Positions 35,781-47,005 of a DNA stretch of 64,000 nt are shown here, piece after piece. The first letter of the stretch is position 1, and each line of letters starts with the position of its first letter. The DNA comes from Raillietiella orientalis (lineage: Eukaryota): the NCBI GenBank assembly GCA_036172245.1, contig JAYWIR010000001.1, positions 5,208,001 to 5,272,000 on the forward strand, written 5' to 3'. Under the pieces are notes generated by a model that saw only the letters and a program-made list of their open reading frames with translations, made no database searches and had not been told where the DNA came from. A program made the translations under genes and the position numbers.

Positions 35781-36519
35781 AGGTGGCGCGTGCATCACTC
35801 CGGGCGATGGAGCGAGCGCTCAGGGAGGCAGGCGTTCCCGCGGAAAGGGAGAGCAGCGTCCGGGCGAGGGAGGAACTCCGCCGGGAGGCGAGGTCGCCCC
35901 CTCGGGAGAGCTGACGGGTGCAGCCGTGAGAAACGGGGAAGGGAGAAACCCGAGTCCGCCGCCGCGCTTTCGGGGGAAGGTTCGGCTTTCGGGAACGGCA
36001 CATCCGGCGGGAAGAAAAGGGGGGGGGGGGAAGAGAAGCGGGAAACACGAGGGAACTGTCGGATCTGGGAACGCGGGCCCTTCCGCAGCTAAGCTCCCCG
36101 TCTGGAGGCGAAAGGCTCTCTCGGTGGTCACGCCGGGCCGCTGTGAGAGAGGGTGAGAGTTTCTTCTTTTTTTTTTCCTTTCTCCTCTCTCGCTCTCCAC
36201 CGGTTGCCTTGGGAACCGGAACCGCGCGCGCCGGGCGAGGCGTCCAATCACGGCCGCGATCTCCGCAAGATGGCCCTGTCTCCCGAGGAAACCAATCATG
36301 TCCGGGAGACGTCGTGGGGAGAACCTCGCGGTCTCGACGAGGCCCAAGACGGGCGGATGATTTACGCGCGCGCGCGCGGCGCACGGGCGCGCGCTCGGAG
36401 GAGAAACGCGCGCCCCTTGCTCCGGATGAGGGGTTGCCAAGGGAACTCTCGGACTAGAAGGAGGAGGAGGAGGAGGAGGGACGGCCGGGTGGGCAGGAGT
36501 AGGGGACTGCGTTCGCTAC

Positions 36520-37250
36520 TCCTCCTCCGCTTTCTTTTCCCAGAGACGCAGCTTGACCAGTTGTTTGGCGACCATGGCGACCAAGGCAGGCGGCTGGTCG
36601 ACGGCGACCCTAGGTCTCTTTCGCTGCCTCCTCCGGGTCCTCGCCAGCCCGCTGTTTGATTTCCACGGAAAAGCTTGCAGGCGCTCCTGATTCTCTTCCT
36701 CCATTCCCAGGGTCTCTTTCCGGACCCCTATGAAGATGGAACGGATGGGCTGAGTTCGAGCTATCCAGAGCAATCTCCAATGAAGGGACGGTGCCAATGA
36801 TGGTGGATGGTGAGGAGGAGGGAAAGAGAAAGGAAAGAAGAGGAAGAGTTAGCAGGAAAGGGAAGAAGCGCGCCCAGGTGGTTCCAGGGCGGCAGCAAAG
36901 TCGAGCGCTAACCCTGGTTGACCACCGCCTTCCGAGAGGTGCGCGGAGGGAATTCTCGCACGCGGGACCCGTTTCCCAGGGGAGAGGCTGCTGCGGGCAT
37001 TCCGAAGGGCGGCTGGAAAAGGCATGCCACTTCCCTTGGGCGACGACGTGTCGAAGCGCCGTCTTCCGGAGCGCCCGCTCCGCCAAGACCGCGGACGTCA
37101 CTTCGCGGACGAGAAGACGAGAGTCGCTCTCCTTTTTTGCTTCCTCGGAGGGCCTCCCGTCCGGGGGCAGTCCGGACGTTCACCCTGGATGAGGAGGAGG
37201 GAGCGCTCAGCTTCCTCTGATGGACAGCTGGGTGCCCATTCTTCTCCTCT
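36520..37250 (-). repeat. Family A unit
   Basis: RHVVAQGKWHAF...PLGRRWSTRV parallels RHGAKDDGMLTR and LLARKWREV. Confidence 0.4.
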
Positions 37251-37549
37251 TTCATCTTCCGCGTCATCGGGAGAGGAAAGCGACGGGAGGTTGCGGACGA
37301 GCACCTTCGGGCGGCTGTGGTCAGGAATGCCGGAGCGCGCAAAGCGAGGAGGCATCCTGCCTTCGCGCGCGCGCGCGCCGCCGGGGCTGCTGGCCCCACG
37401 CGCGTGGCTCGAAGAAGAGGCCCGCCGGCCTCGAAGCAGCTCCTGAGCAGGTATGCGGCCGGGGAGAGGGGAGGACGGTCCGAGGGAGGCTGCGGAGGGA
37501 AGAGTCATTCCAACAGCGGGCCACCCGATTCCTGCTTGAGGTGAGCGGA

Positions 37550-38150
37550 GGGCAGTGGCAGGAAAAGGCAATCGGACAAACGGGAAAAGCTCCCGGAAGA
37601 CCGCTCGGGCCGCAGGCTTTTTCGCCGGCACCCTTTCGAGAATGGCTGCTGGCGCGTTGCTGCGGAAACAGCTCCTCAAGTGCGGACCCGGGAAGGTGCT
37701 CTTCCGGCAGGCGGACGAAGGTTTCGGCGACAGCCTCAGTCCCTTCCCCCGAAAGGGGAGCAGGCAGACCTCCCTCGCAGCATCCATCGCTTTCCTCCCA
37801 CCCCGTCCGCGCGCTGGGAGAACGGCATCTCCTGCAGGGATGCCCGGTGCCACGCGACGGGGAGAGGGCAGAGCCATGGGCGTGACCGAGAGATCTCTGT
37901 GGACGGATTCATGCCTTGGGGGCAGTTTGCCTCCCCTTTGCCTCGGGAGCGACCTCAGGGATTGGCCCGCGAATTCGCCGCGCCCCTATCCTTCGTTCTG
38001 CTTGGAGCCTGCTCTTCCAGATGGCCACCCGCTCCGGCCTGCGAGGGGGGGGAGGGGGGAGAGAGCCTCCATTCCGTTTTCGGCTTTCCTCGGAGGTTCC
38101 ACGTCCGCCATCCGAGTCCCGAGTGGACCATCGCTTCACACGAGATGCAA
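37550..38150 (+). repeat. Family A unit (5' part)
   Basis: AGFFAGTLSRMAAG vs GGFFQGHLLRRAG; LLKCGPGKVLF block. Confidence 0.45.
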
Positions 38151-39279
38151 TTAGAGCGCCTTTGCTTCCTCCTACGTCAGCGCGGAGAGCCTGCGGGCGT
38201 GATTTCGCGTTCCCGGTGAGCTCGGGCGTGCCCATTAAAAAGTGACAGACACTCTGAGGCGGGGCAACGAGGCAAGCTGGCAGGGAAGGGAAGGAAAAGG
38301 GGACCAAAGAAATCCATGGGGAGTGGGGGGTTATATGCGATCATCCCGCCCTCCCCGGAGGAGGGGTGCACACTGCGCTTCGAAGACCGCTGCGGCTGGA
38401 GATCCCCTGGGCGATTAGCCCCATCCTGGAAGCCGAGGCTCCGATGCACGTAAACGGGAAGATCCCGAGAGGGCTCTGCTCCCGATGGAGAACGGGATGG
38501 AGGGATTTCGGTCCCTCTCACTCTTCGTCCGTCCTCGTGGACGGAAGGCGGGCGGGCAGGGACTGGAGCCTCTTCTAGCCGCCAGAGGTGACCTCCCGGC
38601 GGCCCCAGACAGAAGAGGCGTCGCGCCCAGAGAAAGGGGAGGAAGAAAGGAGGAGGAGGAGGAGGAGGAAAGGATGCGAGAGGAATGGATGTCGGTCTCA
38701 GGAACGAATCCCGCTCCTACCACCTCTTCCGCGCTCTGCAGCGCATCGCCGCAGCCCACGTGCGGGGGTGGCTCGATGTGAGCAATGTCTCGAAGCAACG
38801 GCGAGCAGCCGGATGGCTCGCTCGCCTTCCACGCCTTTCAAGAGGCATCCGACGCGCAGGCTTCGAGCTGAATCGCTGCGACCTTCCCCCGCATGGATGC
38901 CGGGCATCGTTGCGAACATCCCCTGATCTTCCCTTTCGCGTCCCATAAATTCGTACCACCACCACCACCACCACCATTTTCTCTTCTCCTATTTTTCCTT
39001 TTCCTCCTCCTCCTCGCTGCGGCTTCCTTCCGGGTTTGGACGCAGGCAGGCTGCATCCCGGGAGCCGTTTCGTTTTTGCGATCTCTGGAGACAACCGGCC
39101 ATCCTCGAGGGTTTGATTGACCGCCCGCTCGCTGCTGACAGGAGCAGCCGGGCTTTTAGACGCAGAGGCCTCCGCGCCGCCGACGAGGAGGCGCAACCCT
39201 TTCCTACCGTCGGCCGGAAAAATCACCGGATCGCACCGGAGATGACGACCCCATCTTCGGCGGCCTGGTAATCCAACAG

Positions 39280-39680
39280 CTCAGGATTTATGGGCTCCAT
39301 CCTTCAATCCGTTTCCCTCCTCGGTGGCCTGGCATCTGTTCCGTGCTCCTTTACTACCTCTTATCTTCACGTTGTGGCAATGCAGTCCCTTCCATGCTTT
39401 CGGTTCCAGAAAATCCCCTCCTCCTCCTCTTTGTCCCTTTCCCGGTCCGTCCGGGCGCCATCCCGTCAGGTACGCCTCCTCCCCGATGTGTCCCTAATGC
39501 TTCCCTCTAACTGCGTTTTATTATCTGATGGTTCTCCTGGCTGGCAATATCGGTGTGTTAATGCCGTCTGCCGTTGCACTCCTTCCGTCTTCCATATATC
39601 TTCCGCGGGAGATCGGGGACCACTTCTGCCAATTCCACGCCGAACTCCTTGCCCTGCGCGCGCGGTGACATTCGCGAGGC
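39280..39680 (-). repeat. Family A fragment (3' part)
   Basis: TGCCAGCCAGGAG 13-mer (RYCQPG vs GWCQPG) shared with the 16.05 kb copy. Confidence 0.3.
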
Positions 39681-39995
39681 GACCATGGAGGAGGAGGAAG
39701 AGGAGGAGGAGGAGGAGAGACTCCACGAGGCTTCCAGGATTTCCTCGCGCTTCCCTCCGGGAGCGTGCGGATCTCGTGAGGAAAGAGTCGGTGACGGCGG
39801 GAAAAGGGGGGGGGGGGGGGGAGGCAGGCTGATTCATCCGCGGCTGTGGGGTTCTTCTCGCACGCATGTCTTTGCCAATTCATCTCTCGCAAGTGCTAAA
39901 GCATTTCTAATCTCGTGTGATAAATCAGATTCGCTTGAGATTGTGTTATCAGAGCTGCTGCGTCCTAAGAACTGCACCTTCCTCCTCCACGGAAG

Positions 39996-39999
<4 letters not shown>

Positions 40000-40058
<59 letters not shown>
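40000..40058. repeat. (CA)n microsatellite
   Basis: Uninterrupted CA run followed by a short (GA)n. Confidence 0.97.
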
Positions 40059-40061
<3 letters not shown>

Positions 40062-41019
40062 AGAGATTTATTTCGAGACGGCACATCCGTTGCTACTGCT
40101 ACCGGATCGCTAGCTCAAGCTGCTTGCTTGCCTCCGACGACGACGGCGCAAAGTCTCGGGAGAGCTCACACGTAGGACGAAGGCTTCGAACCTCGGCGTT
40201 CTTCGATCCCGGTTTGGCTGAGACCCTCGCTCGATCTTTTTCTTGGCAAACGACCCAACTCTCGAGCTGCTCGGTTCACTCGAGAGCAGTTCGGGTCTGA
40301 GGGAAACCCCGTCTCGTCGAAGGGGATCTGCAGAGAAGCCGGAAGATCCCTCCCTTTCCTGACTGGGAAGGAAGGAGCGCCGTCTCAGCGTCCTCACGCC
40401 GGTCCTCGAAGAGGAGACATTCGAGTCGCGTCGGGAGTGGAACAAACTCCGCAATGCCCGTCACGACAAGCGGGAGAGGGGGCCCTCTGCTCCTTGGCAG
40501 CGACAACTAGCCATCCTCGGCAGGGATTCTTCGCCGCCGTTCCGTATATGCTCGCGAGTACTCTCTACGCCATCATCGTCAGAGGCGGCTCACAGCGGCG
40601 TTTGCAAAAAAAGTGCCCCATGGGAGTCGGTACGGTTCCTGCGGTTGGGGCCCAACGAGGGTGGCAAGAAATACCACGGACCCACTCGCCCCAGATGTGG
40701 GACGAGTGGGTCCGCCACACTGCAAGTGTCAGCGATACACCGGTAGGTCAGGGTCGCAGTAGCCAGCGCACTCCAGCTGGCCAGAGGTGCCGGCGCCTGT
40801 TCAGAAGGTTTCAGGTCGCGAAAAAAGGAGTGAGGGAAAAGGATTTTCCTCAGCTACTCCCTCCGTTTCTTCGAGACGTCTCTTGGAGTTAGGATTGGGT
40901 GTGCGTTGGCAGCCGCGCGGCTGCCGACCTCCGCGTGCGGCAGCTGGCGGCGAGGGTTCGAATTCCTCCCAGAATAGGATGGAAGCCGAGAAATGGGGTG
41001 TCTGTCGTGGGATTCGAGT

Positions 41020-41760
41020 CCTTGCCACAGGACGACACTGAAGGCTTCGGGTGTGGTGGCACTGGTGGAAGCCGGACAACCCTGGATGCCCCCGATGGCT
41101 GGCCAGGATTGGGAGTTGACCCTGCTGGAGTCTTCCCAGGAATCAAGAAGCCGGTTCCCTTCAGGATTCAACCTCTCCTATTGTGAAAATGGGGCTGCTC
41201 CCTCCCTCTGGGGGGGGAGGGGATCCTCCATCTCGTACCGTGGAGCTGGTGGATCGGCATTCCTCCAGAGTGTCAAGAAGCGCGCTGCTCCCTTCGGGGA
41301 GCGACCCTTCAGAGAAATCGGGAAGCGCTCCTTCAGGGTTATCTTCAGAGGAGGAAGAAAGGAGAAGGTGGAAGAGGAAGAGGAAACGAGGGGGAGGGAG
41401 AAAGGAGGAAGAGGAGAAAGAAGCGAGAAGGAGGAGGAAGGGGTCGAAGAAAAGAGGAGGAGGTAGGGAGGAGGAAGAGGAGGAAGAAGAGGAAGGGGAG
41501 GAAAGAAGGAGCGAATCGTTTGGGGGCACCCCCCGGAGAAGCCAGGAGTGGCTCCCTCCAGAGGGTTCCTCCAAATAGGATAAGGAAGAGATTCCCTTCG
41601 GGATTTCTCCAAAGTGTGAGAGAGAAACGGACTGCTTCCTCCGGATCCTTCTTGGATTCAGAGGGTGATCCCTCCGTGGTACCTCCTAGCTTGAAGAGTC
41701 ACACGCACTCTCAGGTGGCGTGGACGGTGTCAAAGAGCTTCGTGACCTCCGCCCTAAGGA
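41020..41760 (-). repeat. Family B repeat, inverted copy, split by a GA-rich tract (~41350-41515)
   Basis: Its reverse complement aligns with copies 1-3. The shared peptide SLKG(L/R)SPKGAA(H/R)FLTL appears in ORFs 8755-8997 and 41178-41612. Confidence 0.8.
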
Positions 41761-42149
41761 GCCTTGAGCACGGGCAGTATCGTAGGCGAGGAAGGCGACT
41801 GAGCCGCGATTATTACTAGTTGAAAACTTAGGAGGCAAGTGGTTCCCCAGCGCTCCTTGAAGATCAAAAATAAAAAGGAAAAATCTGGAAGGAAAGCAGC
41901 AAAAGCAGAAGAACCCCAAAGGATTCCCATCAGCAAAATCGGGACCGTCACACGAGATCCTCTTCGCACCCTTTGGAAAGACGGTCGTCAGGATTCGCGC
42001 TCAATTTTGCGGCAGCCTTCCCTGGCGCCCACCTTGCAAGCTTCTTTTTCTTTCCTCTGTTTCTCCTCGTCTTCACCGTCACTAACGGCAACACCGGCAC
42101 CGTCCATTACTCTCATCCTTCCCACCTTCTTCCCTCCTTGCTAGCGCTG

Positions 42150-43620
42150 GTCCGCGAGGGGTGCTCGAGAGTGGAGGGCGTTCCTTGTCGAATCGAAGTC
42201 TCTGTCTTCCTCGTCGTGGCAACCCTGCCGAGTTTCAAGGTTGCCAGGGTCGAGAGGGCGGCGTCCTCGGTCAGGCCTGCGCTCGGTAGGCCGAAGGGTG
42301 GTGAGGCGTCCGGTGAGTGTCCCGGATTGCATCGGACCGAAAGGAGCCGAACAAGGACTCCTTGAAGCCTCTCGAGTGGGCTGAGGAGCTGCTGGAGTGG
42401 CCAAGAGGGGGCGAAGTCTCGAGGGATGGAGCCTGCAGGCTGAAATCACTCGGACTTTTCATTGGCGAACCCTCCTTCTTCCGCTGCCCTCCGGAAATCC
42501 CCCCTTTAGTGGGTACTGAGGTCAGGAGACCCGGACTTGTAACTGCCGCGTGCTGGGAAGAGTTCAGCGGTCACCGCAGCTCTGCCCCCTCCTCCCTCCT
42601 TCCACAGGAGGCGGCGCGGGTCGAACGGACAGCAGGTGCTCCACGGGAGGAGCCCTGGATTCGCATCCTCGGACACCGCGTGCGGAGTTCCAACCTCGTT
42701 ACCCTGAGACGCGACGAGACCCTGAACCTGACCGAGGAGGCCGCGTGAGCAAAGCGGGAGCCGGCTGGGGGCATCTGCAGTAGGACCTGGAGCTCCACGG
42801 GGGAAGAAAGTCCTGTCTCCCTGCTCGAGGTCGCCCGCCTACGCGGGAACGCGGCGGCAACGTGGGAAGGGGCGTTGCTTGAAGGTAAAGAGACCGACCG
42901 CTGGAGGAAGCTGCCCTCCCAGCGGGCGGCGACCACGAGGCAGGGGGCACGAGCGGGAGGGGGTCCCTGCATGGAGGGATTCCCCAAGCAGTAACCCTGT
43001 CGCTCAGGCTAGAAGGCCGCTAGGAAGAGGAGAGTGGCGGCACCAGACGCGATCGCCCAGGGTGGACAGCCGTTCCCTACCCACCTGAGGTGAGCCTCAG
43101 GTGGGTAGGGAGCGTTCCCCTCCCGGGGTCCATTGAGAGTCCCAAGATCGAGAGCAGGTCTTGGGTGGATGGAGGACTGAACTTGCTCGAAGGGCAGGAT
43201 GCCCGACCCAGCATCCTGAGGAGAGGAAGGTCGGGATTGGTAGATGGATGGGGTGGAGTCCCGTGACCTCTTCTCCTACCCACCGCGGTCTCCAGCAAAG
43301 GTCATTGCAAGGTGCTGCGGTTGCGTCTAGGTCCACGGCTGGAAGGAGGAGAAGAAGGCGTCCTGTGAAGCAGGGACGAGGAAGGCACATCGCGACCTTT
43401 CCAACACCCCGGTGAGGTCGTCCCGAGTACCGGAAGACCGAGAAGAGCCTGCATTTCCGCCTACGCCGATGACTTCGACGATGCTTTTCCCCGAGAAGCA
43501 GCTTCTCCACCCCGACCCGCGCCGCTGCCTGGTCGGGATGGTGGGTGGGAAGCTGCGCTGTTGCGACAGGCAGCGGAATCTTTTGATCACCATGGCGACG
43601 CAGCGGAATGAGAGATCAAG
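42150..43620. repeat. Two convergent family A fragments: plus ~42.15-42.75 kb and minus ~42.75-43.62 kb
   Basis: The plus part has SRDGACR. The minus part has CGGAAGACCGAGAAGAGCCTGCA (cf. GGGAAGGACCAGGATCAGATCTGCA at 13.92 kb) and TTGCAAGG...GGAAGGAGG (cf. TTGCAGCTG...GGAAGGGAG at 13.78 kb). Confidence 0.45.
43071..43114. repeat. 20-bp inverted repeat (1 mismatch) with 4-nt loop
   Basis: CGTTCCCTACCCACCTGAGG-TGAG-CCTCAGGTGGGTAGGGAGCG. Confidence 0.93.
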
Positions 43621-46600
43621 GAATTGACCCATCCTGCCATCTTCCTTTCCTTTTCTCCTCCTCCTCTTTCCTTTCTCTCTCTCTCCCTCGCTCTCCCCAC
43701 CTCCCGAAGACAAAGAGGCGTCGAAAAAATTTCCCAGCAGTGGTGTGGCGCAAGACCAGTGAAGACAAAGAGGGCTCTTCGCTTCTTTCGTTTTCGGTTT
43801 CAAGAAAGCCACGGACACACAAAAAGAAAAAGAAAAAAAAATAAAGGAGGAAATTAAAAGATGGAGAAAGAGGGAGGGACGGGCACGAAGAAGTGAATGA
43901 CAACCGAAGAATGAAAGTCTCTTCGCCACTGTGGATTTCCCGGCGTGACTTTCACTTCGCCCTCCGATTGGTTTCCGCGGTGCGGCAGTCCGCGATGGCT
44001 GCGCAGGCGCGCGCGCCACCGAGCGGAGGTAGGGACAATCGCGGGCAGGGTTGCCCGCCCCCCGGGGGAAGGCCGCAGAGGGGGGAGACTCCTGCCAGGA
44101 AAGCGCCGATGGTGACGACGACGTAGGGCGAGTTCGGGCTGCTCGTGAAAGGTCGGGAGAGGGGGGAAGGGAAGAAACTCCCGCGGGTGAGTGGCATCCC
44201 CGCGAGGGGCAGGCGCGGAAGGGGGGGGGGGGGGCATGGCCGGGGACGCGACGGCAGCATCACCGACCGAACCTCCCCCGTAAACCGCCCGCTCCTCCGG
44301 GGTCAGCGAGGCAGAACGGCCACTTCCCCGGGAAACCCCGAGGAACACGACGCAGGCGACCTTCCATCAAACCGTGGGAAAATAAAAGGAAAAAAAAAAG
44401 AAAGAAAGAACGAGCGACGTGCGCGCGGGACGGACGGCATGAGAGAGAGCGGAGATGCGCATTTCCAAGGAGCAGAGGATTCTGCTTCTTCTAAAGGCGC
44501 GCGCGTCTCAACGGAGCGCGGGCCTCGGGAGGGACTCCTCCTCCCACAGAGAGAGAGAGCGCGCCAACTCGGGCTGCGCGTTTCCGAGGCGACCCCACAG
44601 TCGCAGGAGCGTGCTCAGGCGCGCACGATGGATGGGGGGGAGGGAGGGGAAGCGAATTCCTTCGAGAGGAGCGCGCGCCCTCCCGCGCCGCCTCCGCCGC
44701 CATCACCTCGCGATGCGCGAGGCTGCGCGCGAGCGGAGACGCCACATCCCGCGCAGGCGGCGGGCGATCTAGCGCGCCTCGTTCGGAGAAGGGCGGGGAG
44801 AGACGGGAAGAGGATCATCCCGGGCCGGAGGAAGAGGTTCCCTCTTCAACGTTTCGCCTGTCCTCCTACTCTTCCGCAGCTAGAGAGGATGCTGCTCTTC
44901 CGACTCGAAGGTAAACCCTCGCCGCCAGGAACGATCCCGCCCTCGTCGGATCCGGAGGGCGACAGCTGGGGGTGGTCCGCAGGGAAGTTCCGAAGCCTTC
45001 CGGGCGCGCGCGCGCTCCGGGACAAGGGTGTGAGGGTCCGCCCTCCTGCGTACTCCTTCCTCCTCCGCTTTCCCGACCCCCTGCGGCTGCCTTCCCCTCA
45101 TACCTTCCCCTCTCCATCCTCACCCGGAGGCGACAGGGGGAGTACTCGCCACCTCCCACGACTGCGAGACGGGGGCCGCATCTCACGCGCCACCGCAGGC
45201 GAGGCGGGAAGGAAAGAAACGAAAAGGGGAGGGGGAGGGGAAAGCATGGCGGCGGAAGCCTGGAAGGCAGTCTCCCGCCTTCCTCCCTTCCCGCCTCTCC
45301 TCCCGGAGGTACTCGCGCGCTCGGCGAATCGGGATCGCCCGTCGGGACGACGTCCCGTTCTCGGGAGCCAGCGGAAGGAACGACGGCAGATCCCTTTGGG
45401 ATTCGCGGGCGGGAACGGGAGGGCCGGGAAGGAGAGGGCCCGAGGCGCCGAGAGGTCCGCTGCCGGGGTGAAGACGCCTTGGCTCTCGCTTTCCCCTCTC
45501 CCTCCCCCTCACTCGACCCTCTCGGGGAGCGGAACGGAACGTTCCGAGCGAAAACTCGGGAATTCCGGGCAAGATGAAGCACGGGGAAACTCCGCGACCC
45601 GTTGCTGGGGCGATGGCAGGGGTAGGCGGCAGGAAAAGAGCTCGTGGTCCGTGGCGACGCGCGCGCTTTTTTCCGGCGATCGCGCCTCCGGACCGAGGGG
45701 ACAAAAAGGGGGACACCTCTCTCCGCCTTCCCGACCCCGCTGCCTCGTCCTCTTCTGCCGGACCTCCGAGCGGAGGGGCGAACCTCCGCGTTTCCGCCGG
45801 CTGGGCGGCCCCTTGAGAGGGGTGGTCTCCGCCCACCCGCGTGGGGCGGGGGGTGAGCGAAGCATATGCTCCTTCTCGGCCCCCTGGTCCGGCTCTGCGG
45901 ACGCGCATGCGCGGGGACGGAATGACCGCGTGGTTGTGCCCCGGTTGCTGCCATGGGGGAAGAGGGGGGTCTTTGCCCCTTTTCTCCTAGGGGTTGGGAC
46001 TTTCCCATCCTCCCTCGCCGCCGCCGGCGCGAGCGCGCTGCTCCCGGGGGGAGGTTTTCCCCTCCCCTCCCCCTCTTCTGAGAGGCCGCTCTCCCCTCAT
46101 TGTCTGATCGGCGGCGGCGCAGCCTGTGGGGCGCACCCGCGCTCCCCGAACCTTCCCCCCGGCGTGATGGGGGAGTCGGGACAGGGGAAAAAAGGAGAAA
46201 GAGGGGGGGGGAGAGGGAAGGAAGAAAACAAAATGCAAAAAAGGAAAAGGAAAAAAAAAAAAAAAAAAGGAAAGAAAGAAAAGGAAAAGAAAGGAAAGGA
46301 ACGCGCGCGCGCGCAGGCGCGAGAAGGGAGGGTAATGTCGTGTGACGTCACTCGGAGCGCGCGTTGTGTGCGCCGCCGCCGCCACCGCCTCCGCTACCGA
46401 GGGTAGGGGCGGCTGGACGAGCGCGCGAGCGCCGCCTTCCCGGTCGCTGCTGTCGGACCGCGAGCGAACCGGGAAGCCCGCCCTTCCGCGCAGCCGCCCA
46501 GGCGGGAAAGTGGCCGCGCCGGGATTCGGGGAGAGCGGAGTAGCGCCTTTTCTCCGTCCTCCCTTTCTTTCTCCTCCCTCCCTCCTCCTTTTTTTTCCTT

Positions 46601-46915
46601 CCCCTCCTCCCCTCTCGGGCAGCTGCCTCGGGAACGGGGGACTTCCAGGGGCAGTAGGGGACAGTCGTCCTCGCAGCCGCCCGGGCGGGGCAGCTGCCGC
46701 GTCCCAGGATTCTTCCCGCCCGCGTCGCCGCCTAAGGCGTTCCAAATTTGCCCAAATTCCCCCTCCTCTGTTCCCTCCGCCCCCGTGCTGCTGAGGATGC
46801 CGCGGGCGCCCGTTGCCGTTCGAGACTCCCAGAAGTCTCTCCACGCGTGCTCCTCGGGATGACCCCTGAGACGGTGGGGCAGCGGTATGGAACTCCCTCC
46901 TCCCGCTTCCCTCCG

Positions 46916-47005
46916 CTCCTCCATCCCTTTTGCTCCTTCCTCCTGCCTTCCCCTTTTCCACTCCTCCATCCCTTTTGCTCCTTCCTCCTGCCTTCCCCTT
47001 TTCCG
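46916..47005. repeat. 45-bp tandem duplication (2 copies)
   Basis: CTCCTCCATCCCTTTTGCTCCTTCCTCCTGCCTTCCCCTTTTCC(A/G) x2. Confidence 0.9.

Noticed and set aside
42317-42748. Ulp1/adenain protease-like impression from SNLVTLRRDETLN
   Set aside because: No His/Asp/Cys catalytic motifs follow, and the upstream part matches the family A block SRDGACR.
44145-46406. 753-aa ORF, the longest in the window
   Set aside because: Arg/Gly/Pro/Ala-rich low-complexity translation running through homopolymer tracts with no domain motif. Long ORFs in all six frames are expected in such GC-rich DNA.
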